27,603 bases of DNA from Candidatus Thorarchaeota archaeon (lineage in GTDB: Archaea > Asgardarchaeota > Thorarchaeia > Thorarchaeales > Thorarchaeaceae), in assembly GCA_048882045.1 (NCBI GenBank), contig JBHLRZ010000036.1:1-27603 (forward strand), in the 5' to 3' direction. Below, one piece after another: positions 8,501 to 17,277 of the stretch (positions within the stretch are counted from its first letter, which is position 1; each line of letters starts with the position of its first letter). The position numbers and the translations under genes were made by a program. The notes below the pieces were generated by a model. It did not search any database, was not told the origin of the DNA, and saw only the letters and a program-made list of their open reading frames with translations.

Positions 8501-9529
8501 ATGACAGACACATTAATACGAACTGAAAACCTCAAGAAACACTTTCCACTAACTGGCGGAGTTTTCCGGAAAGTAATAGGAAAGGTGCATGCTGTTGATG
8601 GTGTTAATCTTGAAATCAAGAAGGGCGAAACACTTGGTGTTGTTGGTGAGAGTGGATGTGGTAAGACGACACTTGGCCGAACAATACTCAAGCTGATCGA
8701 TGCTACGAGTGGTAAAATCTACTTTGGAAACGATGACATTACTAAACTCAAAGGACGAGCACTCAGAAAGGTTCGATTCAATATGCAGATTGTATTCCAG
8801 GATCCGATGGCTTCTCTCGACCCGCGAGTCACCATCAAAAACTCGATTGGAGAGCCTCTTGTTGTTAACGGAGTAGCCAAGGGACGTAGGATGCGAGCAA
8901 TCGTTCTAGACCTCCTGGAAAAAGTTGGTCTGACTGAGGCACACCTCAATCGTTTCCCACACGAGTTCTCAGGTGGGCAACGCCAGCGTATCTGTATTGC
9001 TAGAGCATTGGCACTCAATCCCAAATTTGTGGTTATGGATGAACCAACATCAAGTACTGATGTGTCTGTTCAGGCCCAGACTCTGAATCTGATGAAGGAC
9101 CTACAGGATGAGTTTGACTTAACATACATGTTCATCTCTCACAACCTATCAGTTGTGAAACACATGAGTGACAGACTGGCCGTTATGTATCTGGGTAAAG
9201 TTGTTGAAACAACTCCGTATGACATCTTCAGGAAGTCACTCCACCCCTATACATTCGCTCTTGTTTCAGCAGTGCCAATTCCTGACCCTAGGTTCTCAGG
9301 AAGGGCTCAGATTCTGTCAGGTGAAGTACCAAGTCCAATTAGTCCACCCCCTGGTTGTAGATTCTATCCAAGGTGCATCTTTGCTCAGGATATCTGTAAG
9401 ACCCAGGATCCCGAGCTTCGAGATATTGGTGGCGGACACTTGGTTGCATGTCACTTTGCTGGAGAGCTGGACTTTGGAAAGAGTGCTCAGATGGAGTATG
9501 CAGACTCTGTCAATGGCACATTGGCATAG
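8501..9529 (+). CDS. oppF: oligopeptide ABC transporter ATP-binding protein
   Basis: LKKHFP...VHAVDGV, GESGCGKTT, FPHEFSGGQRQR, VMDEPTSS, ISHN, HPYT, GCRFYPRC tail. Confidence 0.95.
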   Translation: MTDTLIRTENLKKHFPLTGGVFRKVIGKVHAVDGVNLEIKKGETLGVVGESGCGKTTLGRTILKLIDATSGKIYFGNDDITKLKGRALRKVRFNMQIVFQDPMASLDPRVTIKNSIGEPLVVNGVAKGRRMRAIVLDLLEKVGLTEAHLNRFPHEFSGGQRQRICIARALALNPKFVVMDEPTSSTDVSVQAQTLNLMKDLQDEFDLTYMFISHNLSVVKHMSDRLAVMYLGKVVETTPYDIFRKSLHPYTFALVSAVPIPDPRFSGRAQILSGEVPSPISPPPGCRFYPRCIFAQDICKTQDPELRDIGGGHLVACHFAGELDFGKSAQMEYADSVNGTLA

Positions 9530-9586
9530 ATTTGTAAACAGCAATTGATTAAAGAACGCAGCTACCTACCCCAGAGTGTGAGTCAG

Positions 9587-9811
9587 ATGAGTGATGAATT
9601 CGATGATCTTGGAGAGGACCAGGAAGAAGAGATTGATTGGATGGAGTATGCTTCACAACAGGAAGAGGCTGCACTCCGTTCGTTGGATGGTACTGATTAT
9701 GCCGCTCTTTTCGTAGCGTCTCTTCAAACTATATTCTTACCTCTAATTATACTCATTATACTTCTAATAACAGTGAACTTTCTGCTTCAAGCTCTTGTGC
9801 CGGTGGGATAG
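9587..9811 (+). CDS. small acidic membrane protein with a C-terminal TM helix
   Basis: MSDEFDDLGEDQEEEID... followed by hydrophobic TIFLPLIILIILLITVNFLL. ATG 9587 preferred over TTG 9545. Confidence 0.65.
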   Translation: MSDEFDDLGEDQEEEIDWMEYASQQEEAALRSLDGTDYAALFVASLQTIFLPLIILIILLITVNFLLQALVPVG

Positions 9812-9813
9812 TA

Positions 9814-10155
9814 ATGAGCAGGACCAAACTACTTCTACAGACCTGGGTTATTGCTAGTGTTCTTGCCTTCATTAATCTCATCATTGCATTGATTATTCAT
9901 ATCGCTACAACGACAAACTTTGACTTCTTCACTGCAGCCAACTTTATGATTCCCGAATTCGGTTTGATGTTGATCGCTGGTTCCTGTCTAATGAGTCGTC
10001 AACCTTTGGAAGATGATAAACGATATGATGCTGAAGGAAATCCAGTGAAATCCTGGCGATATGCATTACTTGGGAGAAACATACTCATAGCTTCAGTCTT
10101 CTTGCTTGCATTCAGTGGACTTTTTTTTATCCTCGGAGTTGTCTTTCCACCATAA
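9814..10155 (+). CDS. hypothetical 3-TM membrane protein
   Basis: Two N-terminal hydrophobic helices, a charged loop and one C-terminal helix. Starts 2 nt after the previous stop. Confidence 0.7.
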   Translation: MSRTKLLLQTWVIASVLAFINLIIALIIHIATTTNFDFFTAANFMIPEFGLMLIAGSCLMSRQPLEDDKRYDAEGNPVKSWRYALLGRNILIASVFLLAFSGLFFILGVVFPP

Positions 10156-10156
10156 A

Positions 10157-10933
10157 TCAGTACTGAATAACTGGTTCTTTTTCCTCTTGTTGTAACAGGC
10201 GTCTTCCCATTTGAAGACAAACGAAACTGAGGATACCAACCAAAGCACCGATGTAGAACAAAGAGGCTGCGATATTGATTCCCATCAAGAATATAGCAGG
10301 TTCCCAGACGAGGTATACAGTGACAAAAGCTATTCCCTGAGCTAGGAAATCTGGCAGTAAATCTCCCCATGGGGCCAGAACTATGAACAAAAGGGAGAAT
10401 GAAAAGTTCATGATAATTGCACGTCTTATCGTATCATTGGCAATCTTGACATATACATAGTCCTGAGCATTCAGTTCCTCGATATCATTATCCATGATTG
10501 CATCTAAGAGTTCCTCCGAATACCTAGGACCACTTGGTCCTAGTGCAATCATTAGACCCATGATGAAGATGACTATAACTGTCCCTATTGCACGTAACGA
10601 TTGAACGAGGAAGAGCGTCAGAAGCATTGAGGAGCTTCCTACAATGATTCCAATCCAAATTCCAGCAATCAAAGTATTGTTTGCTAGATGATCCTGTAAC
10701 ATTGAACCAAATCTGCTATGCGATTGTTTAGTCACATTGTCAATGACCCACTTGTGAGAGAAACAGCTGACATATCTTGTGTTTCCACTTAGATCAAGTC
10801 CTGTAACATCATAGTTGTTAGAAAGCTGGTCTTGCAACCCTCTGTGTCTATTGATATTTCTCATCCGGTATAGAGTCACGATAAGAATGAACACTCCTGT
10901 CACAAAGAGACCAAATACAAATTCCATGTTCAT
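10157..10933 (-). CDS. hypothetical multi-pass membrane protein
   Basis: 258-aa ORF with an N-terminal TM and about 4-5 further hydrophobic segments. GAGGA adjoins the first ATG; the second ATG at 10927 has better RBS spacing. Confidence 0.75.
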   Translation of the reverse strand: MNMEFVFGLFVTGVFILIVTLYRMRNINRHRGLQDQLSNNYDVTGLDLSGNTRYVSCFSHKWVIDNVTKQSHSRFGSMLQDHLANNTLIAGIWIGIIVGSSSMLLTLFLVQSLRAIGTVIVIFIMGLMIALGPSGPRYSEELLDAIMDNDIEELNAQDYVYVKIANDTIRRAIIMNFSFSLLFIVLAPWGDLLPDFLAQGIAFVTVYLVWEPAIFLMGINIAASLFYIGALVGILSFVCLQMGRRLLQQEEKEPVIQY

Positions 10934-10994
10934 TCCTCGAAACTAAATGTTGGGACCTACGCTCGAGGAATTTCGTTTAATTTTAAATCCTGTC

Positions 10995-11849
10995 CTAACG
11001 GAAAGACAACTGTTTCAACATGGAAAGCCAGACATGAAAGGTCAGGATTTTGTCCGAATTCTCTGTTTCATTGAAATCTTTCCCGATGAATATCATTACT
11101 TTTCCACGAAGTATATTCTCCTTTCGACTCCCAATCTTCAGTCTTACATTCTCTCCATCTGTAGACAGTAGAATCCCATGGTCATGGAATACTTTGGGAT
11201 GTTCTGAAAAGATGTAGTCAAACTCCTTCTGAGGAATGGGATAGAGAACTATCTGGGTTGTTGAGGTGTCTACTTTGATTTGTACATACTCTGACTCATA
11301 TTTTGGTACATTCTTCTTCGGACCTGTAGATCCCGGAATGAACAATGGTCGGCCTCCCTTGTTTCTATCAACGATTCTTCCCTCAAGTATACCACAGAAG
11401 TCGCCACCATTTCCACTTATCTCGAGGATGCCATCAACTACACCTATCTTCAAGGGACTATCAGAATCCTCCACCCTGCGAACTCCGAATGGGGTCTTTC
11501 TACCTTCTGCTTCCTTTTCCCAATAGAACCAAGGAATGGTTGTCATCGGCAACATCTTCTCAGGATGGTCCTCTTTTCGAGTCATGATATTCCATAGATC
11601 ATCGTTGATAACGAAAAGACTCATTGAAACCGGATGAAATTCAGTCGATCTCTTCTCAATGAATTCCTCTTGGCAAATAGACTCAGTACATATCTGTTGA
11701 GCTAGCTCCTTCAATTGGTCAACCAGTAATTTTGTCTTACCATAGGCCCTCAAGTTTTTTGCTTGCTCAGGAGTGTAGTCTATTGAAACTCCAAACTCAT
11801 TACAAAATCTCGTGATAGACTCACCGTTAAATTCAAATTTGGTTGACAT
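10995..11849 (-). CDS. hypothetical soluble protein
   Basis: 284-aa ATG-initiated ORF filling the interval with globular composition. No motif recognised. Confidence 0.75.
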   Translation of the reverse strand: MSTKFEFNGESITRFCNEFGVSIDYTPEQAKNLRAYGKTKLLVDQLKELAQQICTESICQEEFIEKRSTEFHPVSMSLFVINDDLWNIMTRKEDHPEKMLPMTTIPWFYWEKEAEGRKTPFGVRRVEDSDSPLKIGVVDGILEISGNGGDFCGILEGRIVDRNKGGRPLFIPGSTGPKKNVPKYESEYVQIKVDTSTTQIVLYPIPQKEFDYIFSEHPKVFHDHGILLSTDGENVRLKIGSRKENILRGKVMIFIGKDFNETENSDKILTFHVWLSMLKQLSFR

Positions 11850-11997
11850 GCGGCTGAATTCTAGATTCTTGTGAATAGACTTTTCGGTAAGAGTCTATAA
11901 CAGTAAGTCTTAAACGTAAGAGATTACGCAACCAACAAAATAAACAGTTGATACACCAAATGGTGAATCATGAGACAACAACTGAGGACCCCCCCAA

Positions 11998-13158
11998 ATG
12001 ATGAACAACAGAGTGTCATGGATAGACCTAGCAAAGAGCATATCTTTGATATTTGTCATTTTGGTCCATTCCATGGAGATCAACGGTGTATCAGCGGTCC
12101 TTACTGGGAGTGCGATTCCAGCTTTCTTCATTCTCTATGGTCTTGCACACAACAATGAGAAACACCGAGGCAACTCGGTGAAGCTTGTCAAATCTCGATT
12201 CAAAGCGTTGATGATACCCTACTTCATCCTGTCAATCGCAATGGTTCTGATATATTACGCAGTCTATACATATGTCAATGTGGGTCTCACTCCAGATGAA
12301 TTCGTGTTCTGGACATTATATGGGAATGGTCCGATCCAGAGAGTGTCTCACCTCTGGTACCTCAGGTCTATGTTCTTTGCTATCGTTCTCTTTCAGGTCT
12401 TTGACCGATATTTTCACAATAAGCCTGCAGGAGCAAGGATTCTCTTTGCATTGAGCTTACCAGCTGTCGGATGTTGGATGAAATGCACTTCAGGTCTAGC
12501 CCTCTTACCTTGGAGCATAGATTCGATCATCATTTCCCTTTCTTTCATAATTCTGGGGAATGAGATTCGAAAGTTCAGACAGCTTGATTCGTGGGGTGTT
12601 GACCGCTCATTCGACTTCATTGCCCTCACTCTCTCATCAATCCTATTTGTAATGGTGTCCTACATCAATGGATATGTCAATATTGGGATGAGTATCTATG
12701 GCTTGAACATCTATCTATACCTAGTTACAGGTCTGTTGGGAACCTACATGCTTTCACTCATTTCATTTCATGCCTGTAATAACTTTGACATAGCACGAGC
12801 CATCTCTCGATTCAATGATTACTCACAGGAAATTTACGAACTTCATCCAATGATGATTGAAATTAATGCTCAACTTGTGGGTGGCATAGCACTGTTCAAC
12901 CTTATCGTTATATTTCCTGACAGCCCATTGTTTCTGTTCAATCTCCTGACTGCTGTGTTTCTGTCATGGTTGATAGCATCGCAAGTGATTCCAAGATCAA
13001 GAGTTCTACAGGTCATGTTTCTTGGTAGAGTGAAGTATCGTTCTGCACCCACCTTTACACAGGGAGAATTCAAACTAATGCAAATCAGTCAAGCATTCAT
13101 CGCCCTCAGCATGGTTGCTGTTGCAGAAGGGCTGGCTTCGCTCTATAGTCCATCTTGA
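11998..13158 (+). CDS. acyltransferase-3 family (OafA/YrhL-like) membrane acyltransferase
   Basis: RVSWIDLAKSISLIFVILVH, IPAFFILYG, SRFKALMIPY, HLWYL, SQEIYELH; about 10 TM helices. Confidence 0.88.
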   Translation: MMNNRVSWIDLAKSISLIFVILVHSMEINGVSAVLTGSAIPAFFILYGLAHNNEKHRGNSVKLVKSRFKALMIPYFILSIAMVLIYYAVYTYVNVGLTPDEFVFWTLYGNGPIQRVSHLWYLRSMFFAIVLFQVFDRYFHNKPAGARILFALSLPAVGCWMKCTSGLALLPWSIDSIIISLSFIILGNEIRKFRQLDSWGVDRSFDFIALTLSSILFVMVSYINGYVNIGMSIYGLNIYLYLVTGLLGTYMLSLISFHACNNFDIARAISRFNDYSQEIYELHPMMIEINAQLVGGIALFNLIVIFPDSPLFLFNLLTAVFLSWLIASQVIPRSRVLQVMFLGRVKYRSAPTFTQGEFKLMQISQAFIALSMVAVAEGLASLYSPS

Positions 13159-13218
13159 ATTTCAAAGCCTAACCATTATTAGTCGTTTTGGAATATCCAC
13201 AGAGTGGATGTATGCACA

Positions 13219-14397
13219 ATGGTATCTAAGGTATTCTTTACAGACAGACAGACTCGTACTGACTATAACATGATTGACAAGCTAGAACACATCTTCAATG
13301 AACTGAAACTAGACAAGGCAATCCAATCTGGAGAGAAGGTCATGGTAAAGACACACTTTGGCCAATGGGGGAATACAAACTATTTACGACCCGCCTACGC
13401 CCGCAAGATTGTTGATCTTGTCAAAGCAGCAGGAGGTGTGCCTTTTGTCACTGAATCCACAGGTCTCGGTTACGGAGGTGAGGGGACTTATGGAGGTAGA
13501 ACCACAGCTCCCGAATATTTGGGGATGGCATCACTTCATGGCTACACAGCTGCATCTGTGGGTGCACCACTCATCATGGCGGATGGATATTGGGGCACTG
13601 ATGTTATTGAGGTTCCAGTTAAAGGTGAGTTCATCAATAGTGCGGATGTGGTTGCAGCACTCTACGACTGCGACAAAGTCATAGTCCTCACTCATGCCAA
13701 GGGACACGGACTGGGAGGAATTGGTGGATCAATAAAGAATCTAGGCATTGGTCTAGTAGGAAAGAAGGGAAAGGCTGCAATGCACTTCCTTGGTGATATC
13801 AAGATTGATCCTGAGAAATGTCTAGGTCCCGAATGTTCAAAGTGTCTTAGAGTGTGTCCTGTCCGTTGTATAACAATGGATGAGAAGGCTGTCGTCGATA
13901 TTTCCAGATGTATTGCCTGTCACCACTGTGTCGATGTATGCCGCACGCTCGGGATAAAGGCTGCTACACAGACTTGGAGACCAAACCACACGCAAGCGCC
14001 AATTTTTGTAGAGAACGCGTTCGGAGTAATCAACTCCATTGGGGCTGACAAGTTCTACTACATCAATCTAGCAATAGATATCTCTGACAAGTGTGACTGT
14101 TGGAACTACGGTCCTCCGCTTCTTGTACATGATATTGGTATCTTTGGTTCAAGAGACCCTCTCTCGATTGACGACGCAACGATGCAGGCCATTAAGGATG
14201 CTCCTGCAAATCCAGATTCTATGGTAGGTGACATTGAGTGTGGTGCATGCAAGTTTGCTATGGCTCATGGCTGCAAGGATCCTGAAACCGGTGAAATTCT
14301 TGAGCTCGCAGAAATACAGCTGAAACACGCAGAGAAGATAGGACTTGGCTCTAGAGAGTATGAGCTCATCGCTGTAACAAAGGAATCTCCAAAGTAA
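13219..14397 (+). CDS. DUF362 domain protein with ferredoxin-type 4Fe-4S insert
   Basis: SKVFF, VKTHFGQ.GN, PFVTES, LTHAKGH...GGSIKNLGIG, C-x4-C-x2-C-x3-CP and C-x2-C-x2-C-x3-C, CDC...DIGIFGS.DP..ID. ATG 13219 preferred over GTG 13204. Confidence 0.88.
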   Translation: MVSKVFFTDRQTRTDYNMIDKLEHIFNELKLDKAIQSGEKVMVKTHFGQWGNTNYLRPAYARKIVDLVKAAGGVPFVTESTGLGYGGEGTYGGRTTAPEYLGMASLHGYTAASVGAPLIMADGYWGTDVIEVPVKGEFINSADVVAALYDCDKVIVLTHAKGHGLGGIGGSIKNLGIGLVGKKGKAAMHFLGDIKIDPEKCLGPECSKCLRVCPVRCITMDEKAVVDISRCIACHHCVDVCRTLGIKAATQTWRPNHTQAPIFVENAFGVINSIGADKFYYINLAIDISDKCDCWNYGPPLLVHDIGIFGSRDPLSIDDATMQAIKDAPANPDSMVGDIECGACKFAMAHGCKDPETGEILELAEIQLKHAEKIGLGSREYELIAVTKESPK

Positions 14398-14483
14398 GGA
14401 TACCACTACTAGACTATCCGAGCTTTACTAAAAAGGGCCAACCGGTTGCAATAGAGTAACACCTCAATGAGGGATGCTACCAT

Positions 14484-15536
14484 ATGCCGACCTTCCCGCC
14501 AGGAGACCCGATTAGAGACCTTAGTCTGCTTCTTATGGGAGGAGTTGTCTTCTACTCAATTCTGACATCGACTCTTCTGTATCGGGAATGGTATCAGAAT
14601 CAGTATCGAAAGGTTGTCGACATCAAGTTTGCATGGGCGACTTTTCTTTTGGGAATGGTCTTCAACAGAGGTACGTTTATCATGTCTGACTTCTACTTCA
14701 CTGTTGAACCATTCAACACTTTGTTCACCAAAATTGGATATGCTGGTCTGATTCTAGCACTCACCGCATTCTTCTTTGCAATCGAGTTGATTCTACCACT
14801 GAAGACGAGACACGTGTTCTTCATCGCTGGATTGCTACATGCATTTCTTGCGGTCGTGTTTCCTCGGGACTGGCTTGATTACGTAGCTATTTCGATTGCT
14901 CTTGTAACACTAGCTGGGGTTATGTTGTTCCTTCAGTACACTATGAAGAATACATCTGGTAATATCAGAAAGAGCATCAAAATCATTGTCGCAGGATTTC
15001 TCACTGGCTACATTGGTTTCGTTTTTTCTGGTGACATGGCATACTACGCATTTGGAATGATACCCTATCTTTTAGGGGAGGCGGCACTTGCCTTCGGTTT
15101 GATTGTCTTCGGCTTTGGAGCCATCTACTCACCTGCTTTAGGTGAGCTTGATTGGCGACAGCAGCTAGTAGAATTGTATATCATTCAACAGGGAGGACTA
15201 CTTGTCTATCATTATGAGTTTGAGAAAACTGGTGAACTGGACCAAGTACTCACAGCTGCTGGGATCTCCGGCGTGCAATCACTTTTCCAGGAGATCACTC
15301 AGAGTGAAATGGGTCTCAACGTTGTTTCAGTTGGTAAGTTTGAAATCCTGTTCTCCCACAGTTCCTCATTCACCTCGGTATTGATCACAAGGGCTCCATA
15401 CAATGTCTTAGTCGATAAGATTGAAGAATTCACAAAAACTTTCGACTTGATGTTCGGTGCAATCATACAGAACTTCGAGGGCAATCTAAAAGAATTTAGT
15501 TCTGCAAACGATCTCGTACGTACCATGTTCTACTAG
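14484..15536 (+). CDS. 7TM membrane protein fused to a C-terminal longin-like (Asgard-type) domain
   Basis: Seven hydrophobic helices in aa ~12-216, then LYIIQQGGLLVYHYEF...DQVLTAAGISGVQSLFQEI...F..F...F...GNLKEF, the pattern of the longin-like domains expanded in Asgard archaea. Confidence 0.75.
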   Translation: MPTFPPGDPIRDLSLLLMGGVVFYSILTSTLLYREWYQNQYRKVVDIKFAWATFLLGMVFNRGTFIMSDFYFTVEPFNTLFTKIGYAGLILALTAFFFAIELILPLKTRHVFFIAGLLHAFLAVVFPRDWLDYVAISIALVTLAGVMLFLQYTMKNTSGNIRKSIKIIVAGFLTGYIGFVFSGDMAYYAFGMIPYLLGEAALAFGLIVFGFGAIYSPALGELDWRQQLVELYIIQQGGLLVYHYEFEKTGELDQVLTAAGISGVQSLFQEITQSEMGLNVVSVGKFEILFSHSSSFTSVLITRAPYNVLVDKIEEFTKTFDLMFGAIIQNFEGNLKEFSSANDLVRTMFY

Positions 15537-15591
15537 TTTATTCAATACTGTTAAATCTCTGGAATGGCTCCTACCAGAGAGGGTCGTAGTC

Positions 15592-16107
15592 ATGGATGAT
15601 GAAAGGAAGCGTGAAGTGCTTATAGAAGCGCATCTAAATCAACGAGCCCATATGTACCGAATCATCGATGGATTAACACAGGAACTTTTGTTGAAGGAGA
15701 TTTCTGATGAAGAGAATCTTGCCCACACACTCGCATTGATCTGGCATATGGGTGGTTCTGAAACCTATTGGTTCCATCGGGCCAAACACGACATCGCTCC
15801 TCGATTTGAAATTGAGAGCTTTGAAGACATCAGAAAGAAGCTGGAAGGAAACACAGAAGGAATCAAACGAGTGATCAAGGAGTGCGACTCGAAGCAGTTG
15901 GAAATCATTCCTCCCAATGAGGAAGGAGGTCCCAGTGTTGCTTGGTGTCTTCTCAGGACCTATCAGCATGGTCTCCAACACACATCTCAAATCTCCAAGA
16001 TACGACATATAATCGGAGCTCCTCCTCTTTCGAGTGATGAGGATACTTGGAGCCCTGCAACAGATTCTATTATAGGCATACTTCGAGAATTTTGGAACGT
16101 GGAATAG
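15592..16107 (+). CDS. DinB/YfiT superfamily protein
   Basis: Helical protein with the His-triad pattern LIWHMGGSETYW ... QHGLQHTSQI. Confidence 0.8.
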   Translation: MDDERKREVLIEAHLNQRAHMYRIIDGLTQELLLKEISDEENLAHTLALIWHMGGSETYWFHRAKHDIAPRFEIESFEDIRKKLEGNTEGIKRVIKECDSKQLEIIPPNEEGGPSVAWCLLRTYQHGLQHTSQISKIRHIIGAPPLSSDEDTWSPATDSIIGILREFWNVE

Positions 16108-16110
16108 TTT

Positions 16111-17277
16111 CTACCATTCTGGGAGTTCTTCGAATCTGTGGCACATGACCCAGTGATCTTTCTCCACTTCACGGAATTCAGGTTTCTTTTCTTTGCAGAT
16201 GTCCTGAACAAACTCACAGCGATCACTGAAAGGGCATCCTGATGGAAGATTTGTAAGGTCTGGAGGACTGCCTGGAATACCTCTGATTCTGAGACCCTTC
16301 TCTCTTATCTTTCGAATGGTTTCCATCGATGGATTACTCATGATGAATGCTCGTGTGAACGGATGACCAGGTGAATTCATTATGGTTTCAGTTGTTGAAA
16401 ACTCAACAAGATGACCTGCTGTCATGACTCCGACTTTGTCGCATGTTTCTGCTATGGTCCCTTGATTATTACTGATCAACAACAGAGAGAGGTCCATTTC
16501 CCTTCTGATGATTTGAATCGCATCAAGTATTCTTTGTTGAAGACCCAGATCTACTGATGTCGTAGGTTCATCAGCTATTAGTATCAGTGGGTCAGAAATT
16601 AATGCGATGGCGATGAGCACACGCTGATCCTCACCAACACTGAATTGTGACGGTTTCATATCTTTCCTGAGTAGTGCATCACTCAGTTCTACTAAATCAA
16701 GTGCATTCAAGACTCGCCGGAAGACTTCCCAATCCCGGAGTCTGTCATCTTCGTCATGTGCCCATAGAGCTTCTGCAGTCTGTTCTTCAATCGTACTGTA
16801 GGGATTCAGTGCCTTTGTTGATCCTTGGGGTACGTAAGTTATCCTATCACCACGAATTTTACGGATTTCCTTCTCTGGCATTGCAATGAGGTCTTGACCT
16901 TCAAACCAAACATGACCCTCTACTCCAGGAAGGTCTTCTCCTATATCCTTGGAAGTTAGTCCTTTCTTGCGTGCATTGTCTTTCAATGACCAGAGTTTCT
17001 TGCTTTCCGCACTAGCTGCTGATGATGAATACTGTCTTGAGATCTGTTCAAAAAGTCCGAGTATAGCGAGCGCGACACTTGTTTTTCCAGCTCCTGATTC
17101 CCCAAAGAGCCCAACTGATTCGCCTTTCCTTATGATGAATGATACATCATTGACAGCTTTGACCAATCCTCTCTTTGAGCTATAAAAAGCATTCAGATTC
17201 TCAACTCTGATTGTGATATCATCATCAGTGGGCATAAGTTGATAGTCCTCCCGCCATTGAAATACTATACGGCTCAA
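16111..17277 (-). CDS. OppD-like ABC ATPase with degenerate signature and switch motifs (orphan)
   Basis: Walker A GESGAGKT and Walker B LIADE are intact, but the signature is FSVGEDQR, the D-loop TSVD and the switch ISNN. HPFT and GCPFSDRC tail present. Start is TTG 17277 (overlapping the upstream stop) or ATG 17235. Confidence 0.9.
   Translation of the reverse strand: MSRIVFQWREDYQLMPTDDDITIRVENLNAFYSSKRGLVKAVNDVSFIIRKGESVGLFGESGAGKTSVALAILGLFEQISRQYSSSAASAESKKLWSLKDNARKKGLTSKDIGEDLPGVEGHVWFEGQDLIAMPEKEIRKIRGDRITYVPQGSTKALNPYSTIEEQTAEALWAHDEDDRLRDWEVFRRVLNALDLVELSDALLRKDMKPSQFSVGEDQRVLIAIALISDPLILIADEPTTSVDLGLQQRILDAIQIIRREMDLSLLLISNNQGTIAETCDKVGVMTAGHLVEFSTTETIMNSPGHPFTRAFIMSNPSMETIRKIREKGLRIRGIPGSPPDLTNLPSGCPFSDRCEFVQDICKEKKPEFREVEKDHWVMCHRFEELPEW

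Noticed and set aside
10121-10128. T8 run as a phase-variation site
   Set aside because: It encodes Leu-Phe-Phe in a TM helix near the C-terminus, and the frame is intact.
13156-13219. TGA readthrough fusing the acyltransferase to the DUF362 protein (same frame)
   Set aside because: An in-frame TAG occurs 8 codons after the TGA.
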